From contig CP064992.1 in assembly GCA_016699935.1 (NCBI GenBank), positions 930,001 through 962,000 of the forward strand: 32,000 nt of DNA. Reading direction: 5' to 3'. Shown piece by piece: positions 9,286 through 18,698 of this stretch. This DNA is from Candidatus Saccharimonadota bacterium (GTDB taxonomy: Bacteria; Patescibacteriota; Saccharimonadia; Saccharimonadales; UBA4665). Position numbers and translations under genes: made by a program. The notes under the pieces are model-generated. The model was given only the letters and a program-made list of their open reading frames with translations. It did not search any database and was not told the origin of the DNA. How positions within the stretch are numbered: position 1 is the stretch's first letter; each line of letters opens with the position of its first letter.

Positions 9286-9848
9286 CTATTCTTGCTCATT
9301 TTTTTCTGCTTTGATTGTATTTAACACTTGCGCAAGCTTGTATGCACTAATATTCAAGATATCCATAATCGCAGCATTAGTGTGACCTTCACTCTTAAGC
9401 TGTTTGACGAGGTCTTTCCTTTTTTCATGCAAATTATCCTGAAATTCATAAAATTTCTGAGCTTCATACCATCCCAGGCTTTCATTCCAAATATTTGGAA
9501 TGTAGAAAGTGATTGTACGCGTGTTTCCTGCCTCATAATGATAACCAAGCAAGATCGTGATAATATCCAACGCATTCACAAATAGCTTTCTGTAGTCATC
9601 CTCGCTCTTTGCGGCACCAAGTTCTTTCTCTATACGCTCAAGGTAGAGTCTACATGCGCTCTTGAAATGACTATCTGCAATCAAATCATCGATATCTTGC
9701 CTGAGTTTTTTGACCAAAGTCTTCACATCTTTTTGAAATATTTTGGATTTTGGTATGCAGAAGCAAACCCATAATACTTGTCCCCAAAAACGTTTCGCAT
9801 CAACATTTCGGTACGCATTCCGTCGCTATAGTATCTAGATTCAGTCAT
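9286..9848 (-). CDS. hypothetical ~187-aa protein with C-terminal HTH-like segment; frameshift at T5 run 9730-9734
   Basis: GGAG lies 8 nt upstream of ATG 9848 (MTESRYYSDGMRTEML...YFKK). That piece joins ORF 9286..9726 if the A5 run is read as A6. The C-terminus is GHTNAAIMDILNISAYKLAQVLN. I recognise no family. Confidence 0.4.
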
Positions 9849-9870
9849 TATCTATACGTCTCCGAGACGA

Positions 9871-11332
9871 TTATTGTTCATAGGCTAAGGTCCTCAGTAT
9901 TTCAGCAACTTCTTTATCGATTTGCTTGATATCCTCTAAAATATCCTCTGGTGTTTTTAGTTCTTCGGCTTCTGGCGCGAAGGGGTTTTTGACACCTAGG
10001 TCGAAGGTGGTTTGGTCGAGGTCTTCGGCTTTGACCGTCCATGAGTTTTCACTGGTTTCTCGGGTTTTGAACTTTACCAGGAAATCGTCGAAGTCGTGAA
10101 TGTTCAGCGGATTGGTTTTACCGAGGTTGCGACTAGGGTTGAGTTGGTAGTACCAAATATCCCGCGTTGGTTCGCCTTTGCGGAAAAACAGCACCACGGT
10201 TTTGACGCCGGTCGAGCCAGTCGCGCTAAACACACCGCCTGGCAGGTCAAGGATGGTATGTAGGTTAAAGCCTTGCAGCAGCTCTTTACGAATCTTGCCC
10301 GTCGCGCCATTTGGCTCATTGGTCAGGAATGTGTTTTTATAACTATCGCCGCTTCACCGCCAGTACGAAGATTCTTCATGAAGTGCTGTAGAAATAGGTT
10401 TGCAGTTTCACGAGTCGGGATTTTGAAGTTGCGCTGAACTTCAGGGCGCTCATTGCCACCGAATGGTGGATTTGCCAGTATATAATCAAACCGATCTTTT
10501 CCTGAATGTCGCGCGTGTCTTCATTGAGCGTGTTAGCATGCACCATGTTTGGCGATTCTATGCCGTGCAAAATCATATTCATCGTGCCCAGTAGGTATGG
10601 CTCTGGCTTTTTATTCTTGGCAAAGAACGTACGCTCTTTTAGAAAAGACAGTTCGTTCGCCATTTTCCTGGCTGCGTAGGTAGGCATAACTTTCGGTTAA
10701 AAACCCTGCCGATCCTGCTGCGCCGTCATAGATAGTTTTGCCCAGTTTTGGCTGCACCGCCTGAACCATAGCCTGTATAAGTGGTCGCGGCGTATAAAAC
10801 TCACCGCTGCGCCCTGCTCCACCCATAAGCTTCAAACGATCTTCATATAATGCAGATAACTGGTCAAGCTCATCCTGAGTCTGAAATTGAAGATTGTCGA
10901 TGATATCTATCACTTCCCGGAGGTTGCGCCCGCTCTGAATCTTATTTGTGATTTCACCAAATATTTCGCCGATTTTGTAGGTCAGCGTTTTGGGGTCATT
11001 TTCGGCATTTTTGAACGAGCGAAGGTATGGGAAAAGCTGGTGATTCACAAAGCCCGTCAGATCATCGCCTGTCATTTGCGCAGATATATCGGGTGAACCA
11101 TCTGCTTTCTTTGGTGCCGCCCATATGTCCCACTGGTGTTCGGTCTTAAACAACGGCTGGTACGCAATCTGGTGCAGTGTCGCTTCGTCCTTGCGCACCT
11201 CTTCAAGGTCGTCAAGATATTTCAAAAAAGAATCCATGACATCTGTGCCATGTAGTCATTCGCACCATTTGTCCCCGCATCCTCAAACAGGATATTGTCT
11301 ATGCGTTTAAATTCAGCTCTAATATCAGCCAA
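9871..11332 (-). CDS. hsdM: type I R-M DNA methyltransferase subunit (HsdM), at least 3 frameshifts
   Basis: Pieces 10611..11237, 10376..10687 and 9871..10233/10104..10319. The N-terminal HsdM domain (MSWILF|LKYLDD) is restored by adding one T at the run 11224-11229. SAM motif GEFYTPRPL...IYDGAAGSAGFL. Catalytic NPPFG is read as ANPPFGGNE in the shifted frame near 10450. Candidate TTG start at 11332 after AAGGGGG. Confidence 0.9.
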
Positions 11333-11507
11333 GAGGACCCCCTTCTCTGTTCTCAGTATACCCTCTCTGCCCCTGTTTTCTACGCTCTACTCGCTTGACT
11401 CCATTCTTTGGCGGCGTTCGCCCATGGTCTCGCCTTCGTATGACCAGTAGGCAGTACCAGAGACAACATTACTATAGCCGAGTACTTGTTGTGCAGCGGT
11501 GGAATGA

Positions 11508-11640
11508 GAGGACAGTCCTGTAACAGGTGAAGAAACTCATTATTTCGTTTGGGATGGGGTGAAAGATAGGGGTGGGTTTTACCGCGTTTGGTTTTGGTGG
11601 CTGGGACGCCCTGCTCCGTTGCTGCGACATACTATGTAGA
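11508..11640 (+). repeat. G-run repeat, copy C2 (left arm + core + right arm)
   Basis: GAGGACAGTCCTGTAACAGGTGAAGAAA...CGTTTGGGATGGGGTGAAAGATAGGGGTGGGTTTTACCGCGTTTGG...GGCTGGGACGCCCTGC. Confidence 0.85.
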
Positions 11641-11672
11641 TCCGAGTTCAAACAGACGAGGAGCATGAGGGG

Positions 11673-12191
11673 TTATTTGCCGAAGTTGGATTTGATGTAT
11701 ATTATGGCGAGGCCGATGCTGGCGGTTATGGTGGCGGTGATGAGTGAGCGTAGTTTTTGGTAGCCACTCAGCCTAGCTGCCCAGTAGCTAAAAACAAAGA
11801 GTACCGAAACGCAGTACAAAAAGGTGTAGTTAAAGGCCGTGGCAACAGAGTATAGGCTAGTTTCGCTCACAAGCAGGATGACTATAGGCACTAGGCAAAA
11901 CGTCGCAACCGCAACTGTATCGTCAAAGATTTCGCGGCGCTCTTGCTTGTTGAGGGCGCGTTTGTTTTTGATGGTAAAGCCTATCAGTTCGGCGTAGTCC
12001 TCGGCAACGATAATCGCCAGGACGGCGATAAATGCGTTTAAGGCTGCCCAATACCCGGTGCTAATGCCGCTGGCATCGAGCCCAACAAGTGTTACGAAAA
12101 GCAAAATCGTCCCATACAAAACCTTGGCAGCGTGTTGGTTGCCGTAGTGCTGGTTCATAAAAGTCATTACTCGAGATTTCATAAGATCCAA
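11673..12191 (-). CDS. integral membrane protein (4-5 TM), family not recognised
   Basis: Intact 172-aa ORF with alternating hydrophobic stretches. Confidence 0.55.
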   Translation of the reverse strand: MDLMKSRVMTFMNQHYGNQHAAKVLYGTILLFVTLVGLDASGISTGYWAALNAFIAVLAIIVAEDYAELIGFTIKNKRALNKQERREIFDDTVAVATFCLVPIVILLVSETSLYSVATAFNYTFLYCVSVLFVFSYWAARLSGYQKLRSLITATITASIGLAIIYIKSNFGK

Positions 12192-12284
12192 GAATCATTA
12201 TAGCTTAAAAACGGTGCTGTTCGTCGTGCATGGTAGGCTCTTTACGAACGGCGTATAATATAAGTGTAAGGAGAGGAGGAAGTT

Positions 12285-12782
12285 ATGAACTTACCAAATA
12301 CCTACACCGACAAAAACGAAACTGGTTGTTGCGGCGTACCAAACGTCGCCGACTGGGACGAAAAAGAGGTGACTTTTGAAAACAAACAGTTTATTCGCAT
12401 GCATACCAGGAGTTTCCTGTTTATGCCGATCAACATGTCAAAAGTAATGACCGCCATCCAAAAACAAGCCGACGAGGCTGGCGCCACCATGCCGCCTGAG
12501 CAAGCCATGATACTGACGCGCGACCTGTCGCCCTGGAAAGCCGAGCAGCTGTATGCTGTCAGTAAAACTGTGGAAGGCGCCGACAATGTCACCCTCAGTG
12601 GCAGTTACGTCACCAAAGTATTTGAGGGACCGTACAAAAACGCCAAGCAGTGGTACGACGCGCTGTTGGCCTACGCCAAAACCCGTGGCAAAACCGCCGA
12701 GAAAGTTTACTTTTTCTACACCACCTGCCCCAAATGCGCCAAGACCTACGGCAAAAACTACGTTATCGGCCTGGCTGGCTAA
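12285..12782 (+). CDS. conserved Cys-containing hypothetical protein (N-terminal CCG, C-terminal CPKC)
   Basis: Intact 165-aa ORF. GGAGAGGAGG RBS ends 6 nt before the ATG, and a TATAAT box lies at 12255-12260. Confidence 0.6.
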   Translation: MNLPNTYTDKNETGCCGVPNVADWDEKEVTFENKQFIRMHTRSFLFMPINMSKVMTAIQKQADEAGATMPPEQAMILTRDLSPWKAEQLYAVSKTVEGADNVTLSGSYVTKVFEGPYKNAKQWYDALLAYAKTRGKTAEKVYFFYTTCPKCAKTYGKNYVIGLAG

Positions 12783-12805
12783 ACTGTTGCTGTATAGTTA
12801 TAGAT

Positions 12806-13151
12806 ATGCAGCGTGTTTTCTCGCGTCGAAATTTGCTTGGAGCAGGCCTATTTCTCATAATGGTCGGCGAGCTGACGGTGGCGCTGTATTCGGGTTTACT
12901 GACACCGCCAGGGCTTATCGTGCTGGGTGTGCTGTATCTACTACTTTTTGCTCTACGAAGCACTGGCTGTGCGCTACAATCTGTCAAATGTAGGTATTGT
13001 ACTGCTCAATTTCAGTGTTTACTCTGTGCTCATCACCGGGCTACTGCATGGAGAGATCACCGACTACGTCAAACATCCCGAAAACAATCTCATCACAACA
13101 CTCATACGCATTCAGTGTAGCTTTTCCCGCTTTTTGCCTACTTGCTCATAA
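12806..13151 (+). CDS. small membrane protein, frame switch at T5 run 12945-12949
   Basis: MQRVFSRRNLLGAGLFLIMVGELTVALYSGLLTPPGLIVLGVLYLLL joins ...LYEALAVRYNLSNVGIVLLNFSVYSVLITGLL (ORF 12927..13151). Confidence 0.35.
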
Positions 13152-13221
13152 ACAAACTTGCCCCACGCAAGGTTGCTAACGTGCAAAACTCTCGTCTGTC
13201 ATCATTGCCTGGGTTGTATTT

Positions 13222-13533
13222 ATGGCCTTATTGTCACAGTCGCAAGACTTTGGCCTGGCAGTAGTTGCTAGAACCTTTCAACAGGCCCCAGCTATTGCAA
13301 CTGTATTTACTGTAGCAGCAATGCTGGCAGCCGTTCTTGCACTACGCAGTCACGCTACGTCTGACCAAAAGCCGCAAAGATGGTTGCTAGCTTCTAGCTG
13401 GCTCCTGTCCGCCATTTGCCTCGTCCCAACCCTGCCAGCATTTATGATTATGGTCATCGCCATGCCAGTGCTAGGAATCCTAGCACTTAAAAATAGCCGT
13501 TTTCGACATTCGAACATTGGTACATCGCTATAA
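13222..13533 (+). CDS. small membrane protein (3 TM)
   Basis: Intact 103-aa hydrophobic ORF. I saw no clear RBS. Confidence 0.35.
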   Translation: MALLSQSQDFGLAVVARTFQQAPAIATVFTVAAMLAAVLALRSHATSDQKPQRWLLASSWLLSAICLVPTLPAFMIMVIAMPVLGILALKNSRFRHSNIGTSL

Positions 13534-13588
13534 GAGCAACTCTAGGAGACAGATTACGCCACTATAGTCATGGATTACATGTTCTCCT

Positions 13589-13837
13589 TCAATCAGACTG
13601 GACTAAAACATCGAGATCAGTCGAAATATCTGCCAGTTTTGTTTCTATCAGTTTCCGGGCATCGGCCAGGGCGAGATTGTAAATGTCTGGACCATAGTTT
13701 TGTAGGACTATCGAGATGATATCTCCCGCGGCAATTATGCCAAACTCAGCCATTCCTTGCTCTTGCAAGCGCGTCAGTATTTCTTCGACACATTTTCGGT
13801 GCTGCTCTTCGCTGCCGACATCCCATTTTCTTTTCAT
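13589..13837 (-). CDS. DUF2164-like small protein
   Basis: The internal Met of ORF 13589..14053 gives 82 aa: MKRKWDVGSEEQHRKCVEEILTRLQEQGMAEFGIIAAGDIISIVLQNYGPDIYNLALADARKLIE. The upstream part of the ORF overlaps the next gene and looks non-coding. Confidence 0.55.
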   Translation of the reverse strand: MKRKWDVGSEEQHRKCVEEILTRLQEQGMAEFGIIAAGDIISIVLQNYGPDIYNLALADARKLIETKLADISTDLDVLVQSD

Positions 13838-13875
13838 AGGTTCATTGTACACCGTGAAATATGCTAGGGGTAGCT

Positions 13876-14139
13876 CTAGACTTTGCCGGTGCGTTTGCGG
13901 TGTGGGCAGCCCTGCCAGCAACAGGGGCGGCGCATACCGCTGGACATTTTGGAAAGACCGACTTCTATGCGGCGCTGGCGGGTTTCGGCTTTTTTGGCCT
14001 CCTCGACCCAGCAAATCCATTCGTTGCGAGCCAGTGGTGTTATAGCCTGCCACAGTAGCAGGACTTTTGGAGTCGAACTAATCGCCTCCCGAAAATCCGG
14101 GGGCAGTTTATGGACAGTACCTTCAGAGAGTTTTGACAT
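13876..14139 (-). CDS. YdeI/OmpD-associated (OmdA) family protein
   Basis: Intact 87-aa ORF. Motifs ITPLARNEWICWVEEAKKAETRQRRI and RRPCCWQGC. Paralogue at 15684..15960. Confidence 0.7.
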   Translation of the reverse strand: MSKLSEGTVHKLPPDFREAISSTPKVLLLWQAITPLARNEWICWVEEAKKAETRQRRIEVGLSKMSSGMRRPCCWQGCPHRKRTGKV

Positions 14140-14271
14140 TACTCCACCATTTTACCCCACTTTGCAGCAAAACAGTTTAGTTAAATGAACCTAACTCGTT
14201 TTGCTGTAAATATTTTTACAATACCTGGCTGTAGTGTTTGATAAACTTGTATTTGTAGATAAGGAGAAGGT

Positions 14272-14912
14272 ATGAAAACGAAACTTATATTAGCACTAGT
14301 TGGTCTTGCCGTCGTGGGCGGCGTATTCTTTTTTGTGACAAAGGATTCTGATGATAAAAATGCCCAACGTACATCAACTAGCACCACTACGACTGCCTCG
14401 ACTAAGCAACCAGCATCCGCTGATCTTCCTAAATTGACCGCTCAGACGGTTGGAAAAGATGCCGATTGTTCGACTTACAACTTCAGTGAGCTTACAAAGG
14501 TGTGGGGCGTGCCGTTTACTGACACCGATATCAACAAAGTTTCAGAACTTTCGACTAGTGGTGGAAAACTATACTCCTGTTCTTACAATGAGACAAATAC
14601 GGGTATGGGTGTAACCTTTAGCATAGAATACCGTGAGCACCCTAATGTTGAGTCTGCAAAACAAAGCATGAATGAAACACGGAGCACCGAAAATATGGTG
14701 ATACGCTGTATTACCTAAAAGAGGATAAGTCGGGTGTAGGTGATGAGGCGTTTTTGTGGGCACGGAATCGAACGGATGGTAGCAAAGAGTCAAATCAGCA
14801 ACTCTACGTACGCAAAGGCAGCGTCGTGTTCTTGCTTTCCGGTGTCAACCTCGCTGGTGTCGATGCTAGCTACAAAGACAAACTAGTCGCTAGCTTTAAA
14901 CTTCACTTTTAA
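14272..14912 (+). CDS. membrane-anchored/secreted protein (~213 aa), frameshift at A4 run near 14690
   Basis: GGAGAAGG RBS and an N-terminal signal/anchor MKTKLILALVGLAVVGGVFFFV. The continuation in another frame reads KYGDTLYYLKEDKSGVGDEAFLWARNRTDGSKESNQQLYVRKGSVVFLLSG...FKLHF. Confidence 0.5.
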
Positions 14913-14931
14913 ATACGAAGGGAAAGTCTAA

Positions 14932-15346
14932 ATGGTTGAACCGAAGACAAAACCAACCAGTGTCAGTGCGCTGGACTTTGTGTCTGCCACACCGAACCCA
15001 GTGCGCCGCGCTGATGGCATAAAACTACTTACGATTTTTCAGGAAGTAACCGGAGAAAAGCCCGTGATGTGGGGACCGAGCATGATTGGATTTGGCAGTT
15101 TTCATTACAAGAGCAAATCGTGCGAGGGTGACTCGCTGCGCGTTGGGTTTTCGCCCGTTCCACCGCTCTTGTACTTTACGGGCTGGTTTTCTACGAAGAA
15201 ACTGAACCGAACAATCAGCTACTGACCAAGCTCGGCAAGCACACTCGGGGCAAAGGCTGTGTCTACGTGAAAAACTAGCCGACATAGACGAGTCGGTGTT
15301 AAGAACCATGATTAAAAATGCTTATTTTAACGGTAAGAACGGATGA
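14932..15346 (+). CDS. DUF1801 (YdhG-like) protein, 2 frameshifts
   Basis: MWGPSMIGFGSFHYKSKSCEGD...GFSP, then shifted RSTALVLYG...LLTKLGKHTRGKGCVYVK, then KLADIDESVLRTMIKNAY. Stop overlaps the next ATG (ATGA at 15343-15346). Confidence 0.55.
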
Positions 15347-15675
15347 TTGTCGACGACTTCATAAGCCAGTTTGACGGCGACGTGAAGGCGTGACTAGTCC
15401 AGGTGCGAGCTACCGTAAAGGCACCGCTCCTGAAGCAGTGGAATCGATGGCTTACGGCATGCCTGCCTACAAACTGCATTGCAAACCACTGGTGTACTTT
15501 GGCGGCTAAGTTAGGCACATTGGTTTTTATGCGACGCCAAATGGTCATGAGCAATTCAAAAGAATTTGCATTGTATAAGCAAGGCAAAGGCTCGGTACAA
15601 TTCCCACATGATAAACCCCTGCCTGTGTCGCTAATTCAAAAGGTTGTCGGATTTCGTGTAATAAATATGCAATAA
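15343..15675 (+). CDS. second DUF1801 (YdhG-like) protein, several frameshifts
   Basis: Pieces MIVDDFISQFDGDVKA, EAVESMAYGMPAYKLHCKPLVYFGG and YKQGKGSVQFPHDKPLPVSLIQKVVGFRV (ORF 15403..15675). Confidence 0.5.
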
Positions 15676-15683
15676 TAGTCAGT

Positions 15684-15960
15684 ATGTCTTCTGCTAAAAT
15701 TGAAAGCGGAACAGTACACCCCTATGCCAGCAGACCTAAAAGGCATGCTTCAAGCAGACAAGAAAGTTTTGATGGCTTGGAATGACATAACACCGCTAGC
15801 ACGCAACGAATTTATCTGCTGGGTCATAGATGCCAAAAAACCAGAGACACGGGCAAAACGCATACTGGTCGCAAGAGACAAACTAACCCGCGGCGAACGT
15901 CGCCCCTGCTGCTGGATCGGCTGCATACACCGCCCAGCAAACCTCCCAGCCCGTCCATAA
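15684..15960 (+). CDS. YdeI/OmpD-associated (OmdA) family protein, paralogue of 13876..14139; frameshift at C4 run ~15717-15720
   Basis: ATG 15684 gives MSSAKIESGTVH, which parallels MSKLSEGTVH of the paralogue. ORF 15700..15960 then has ITPLARNEFICWVIDAKKPETRAKRI and RRPCCWIGC. Confidence 0.65.
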
Positions 15961-16010
15961 AGGGCATCCTAGAAAAACGCAACTTACGCTAATTATAGCT
16001 AATTTTCACC

Positions 16011-16050
16011 TGGGATGGGTGAAAATACTGGGGTGGCTTCACTTGGGACG
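16011..16050 (+). repeat. G-run repeat, copy C3 (short, degenerate)
   Basis: TGGGATGGGTGAAAATACTGGGGTGGCTTCACTTGGGACGC. It keeps the core and the TGGGACGC right-arm motif. Confidence 0.6.
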
Positions 16051-16230
16051 CATATTGGGGATTTGGCGAGTAGGTTTAGAGGCCGAGAACTTGTTTGAAC
16101 TTTGCTTGATCGAAGCCCAAAATCTTTGTTTCATGGCGCTGTCATCTTTCAGAACCGTAAATGGTACACCAAAATTACCATCATTGACACTCATAAACTC
16201 TGCCATTGCATGCTCGTCTTCGTCTGCCAT
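16039..16230 (-). CDS. doubtful small ORF (63 aa from internal Met)
   Basis: Part of ORF 16039..16260. Its 3' end runs into repeat C3, and I see no RBS or family signal. Confidence 0.2.
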   Translation of the reverse strand: MADEDEHAMAEFMSVNDGNFGVPFTVLKDDSAMKQRFWASIKQSSNKFSASKPTRQIPNMRPK

Positions 16231-16338
16231 TTTTCGTGTAGGGTATATTTTCCTTATCAAGCCAGGCAGTTAGTAGGTGGCAAAAGGCGCAGGTTGTGGT
16301 TGAGTAAATAGTTATTTGCATAAAGCCTCCGATGTATC

Positions 16339-18055
16339 TTAGCTCCCAAAGGTAAACGCATTTATGGTGACGCCCGCTGGGAAAGTTAGTTGTAATGTTT
16401 TGTTGGTCATGAAATTATCTGCTTTGACAATCTTGTATAGACGAGCCTGGTCGATCTTGACTTGGCCACTAGTATTTACATCGGCTCCGCCAGGGGCGCT
16501 TAGCTCGTCAACCGAGACGCCAACTAGTGCCCCCGGAGGCCCGCTCATAACTAGGTAAACTTCTTTCGCCGAAAAGTTTATATTTAACTTCGTGTTTTGC
16601 GCCAGGCTTTGGCTGGATTCGCCGTCCATCTGCCACTTGCCACCGAGCGACCATTCGTGCTCTTTTTGAACCACTCACCAAGGTGTAATCGACTGGCTGA
16701 TTTGCTACAAATTGATCGGCGTTAGCAAAGCGTTCGGCGCGCTTAAATCGAGGTATGTCTCTGGTGTTTGGCCACGCACGGCTGAGCTCGCGCTACGCTC
16801 TATTTCTAGCTTTGCAGTCACCGTTTTGCCAGACTCTTTGAGAAGTGCTTGGATGGTCTGTTCTGTTTCGGCATAGTCTCCCTCGCCAAAATGGGTGTAG
16901 CGCACCTGACCGTCTTTGTCTATCAAGTATTTGGCTGGCCAATATTGGTTTTTCGTATGCCCGCCACGTTGAAAAGTCATTATCGAGAGCCACCGGGTAC
17001 TTTATGCTCGCGTCTTTGGTAGCATTCTCAACATTTGAGGTAACTTTCTCAAATGCAAACTCGGCGCATGGACGCCGAGTATCACCAGCCCGTCGTTTCG
17101 GTACTTGTCATACCAAGCGTTTAGGTACGGCTGAGTCCGCTGACAATTTATGCACGAATAGGTCCAGAAGTCTACCAGTACAACTTTTGCCCTTTAGCCC
17201 TGATATCGTCTGTGGGCTGCTATTTACCCACGCTGCAATATTCTTAATTTCCGGTGCATTGTAGGGGTCAACATTATATTTTGTTTTGCTTGTTGGGCCA
17301 GTGCTGCTTATCCTTGCCGAGCTTGTGCTTTTGGAACAAGTTTTTCTTCTACTAGTTTGATATTCAGAAAATCTTTTCCACCAAATAGGTTTGCACTTTT
17401 TATCCCACCCTGTAACTACAAAGACCCCGACTAGGATGAATAGCACAGCGATACCTCGCTGAAACCATCCCTTGGGATCACTCGCCCATTTTATTCGCAC
17501 TAACAGTTTGCGCCCTAAAAGGGCGATAGCTAAGAGTGATGTCGCTACGCCCAAACAATAGATAGCCAGGTAGAAAACGCCTAGTAGAGTGCTGCTTGGC
17601 AGGACTGATGCAATAACCCAGGCATAGGTGGGGCTACAGCTGCTAAAAATTGGGCCAAGCGCGGCACCGATCAAAATTGCCGAAAGCGTTGCGTTTTTTT
17701 GTTTGTAGGCTTTGCCGAGCAAGCCTTGGGACCTATGCTCTATTCCCAACCTGCCAATTATTTGCACCCACGCATTTGGAAATAACATGAAGAAACCTAG
17801 AATAATCACCAATACTCCTGAGCCGATAGACCAAACCTTAGGGTCAATACCGATAAAGACAGTCGACGCTTTCAAAAGGATTGTAAACAACACTAGCGAC
17901 ACAACTAGACTGGCGGTGATTATATACGGCCGCCATTTGTCCTTTTTCTCTCCGGCCAAGCTGCCGCCGAGGATTACTGGCAGTAGTGGTAGCACGCATG
18001 GGGCTAAGGCAGTCAGAAGCCCCGCGACATATGAAAGAAGTGCTGTTACTAGCAT
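16339..18055 (-). CDS. DipZ-like thiol:disulfide interchange protein (CcdA/DsbD membrane domain + TlpA-like thioredoxin domain + C-terminal beta domain), at least 3 frameshifts
   Basis: ORF 17108..18055 carries CcdA motifs (LTALAPCVLPLLPVILG, GPIFSSCSPTYA). A shifted frame gives VVLVDFWTYSCINCQRTQPYLNAWYDKY. ORFs 16705..16980 (QYWPAKYLIDKDGQVRYTHFGEGDY) and 16339..16674 continue it. Confidence 0.8.
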
Positions 18056-18069
18056 ATCGGTCTAACCCT

Positions 18070-18618
18070 TTAGGACTTTATGCCTGCTAGGACATCGGTT
18101 AGTGAAGTTGCTGACCACTGGGCTGTCTCGTTGCCAGTGTTGTCGGCCTGTACAAATGTGTACTGAACGGTGACACCAAATTTCTTGCGTAGGTCAGTCG
18201 AGCTATCAAAGTCTGTTTTGATCAGCGTTACTCCCGCAGGAATCTTTGACATGTCGGCCTTGATTTCTTTGTCTATGCCTTGGCAGATTGAGCACCAGCT
18301 GGCGTGAAAAAAGTAGACTTTTTTGGTGTCTGCGTACTTGCTGGGGTCTTTGTCGTAATCCGCTAATGTGACATACGAACCTTGTTTGGCCATAGTTTCA
18401 TCTTTGGCCATGCTATCGCCTTCCTGCGCCACTGTGTCTTTGGCCATAGCAGAATCTTGTGCTTTCTTTACCATGGCTTCGTCATCAGCCTTTTTTTGCA
18501 TAGCCATTTTTTGTTGTTCTTCTTTGGTATTTTGATCATTTGTATATGCTACTACGCCGCCACCAACTAATAGCAGCCCGACAACGATGCTTATGGTTAT
18601 CAATGCTTTTTTATTCAT
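18070..18618 (-). CDS. membrane-anchored thioredoxin-fold protein (WCxxC)
   Basis: Intact 182-aa ORF with an N-terminal TM segment, a low-complexity AMAKD linker, and VYFFHASWCSICQ. Confidence 0.75.
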   Translation of the reverse strand: MNKKALITISIVVGLLLVGGGVVAYTNDQNTKEEQQKMAMQKKADDEAMVKKAQDSAMAKDTVAQEGDSMAKDETMAKQGSYVTLADYDKDPSKYADTKKVYFFHASWCSICQGIDKEIKADMSKIPAGVTLIKTDFDSSTDLRKKFGVTVQYTFVQADNTGNETAQWSATSLTDVLAGIKS

Positions 18619-18698
18619 GGTTACCCTCGCTTACGTTTTACTGTATCTTGCAAGTATACTGAGTACATGCCTGCAATGTCAAGTTGACTTTACGCATT

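Noticed and set aside
9871-11332. The homopolymer frameshifts in hsdM/hsdS/hsdR could be phase-variation switches.
   Set aside because: The same kind of indel hits unrelated genes across the window (DipZ, DUF1801, glycoside hydrolase, membrane proteins), and runs are only 4-6 nt. A global technical or decay explanation is more economical. It cannot be excluded without reads.
13589-14053. Full-length 154-aa version of ORF 13589..14053, and the antisense ORFs 13716..14045 and 13883..14188.
   Set aside because: The N-terminal 72 codons overlap the well-supported YdeI gene in another frame and are Pro/Arg/Gly-rich. Only the DUF2164-like C-terminal 82 codons look genuine.
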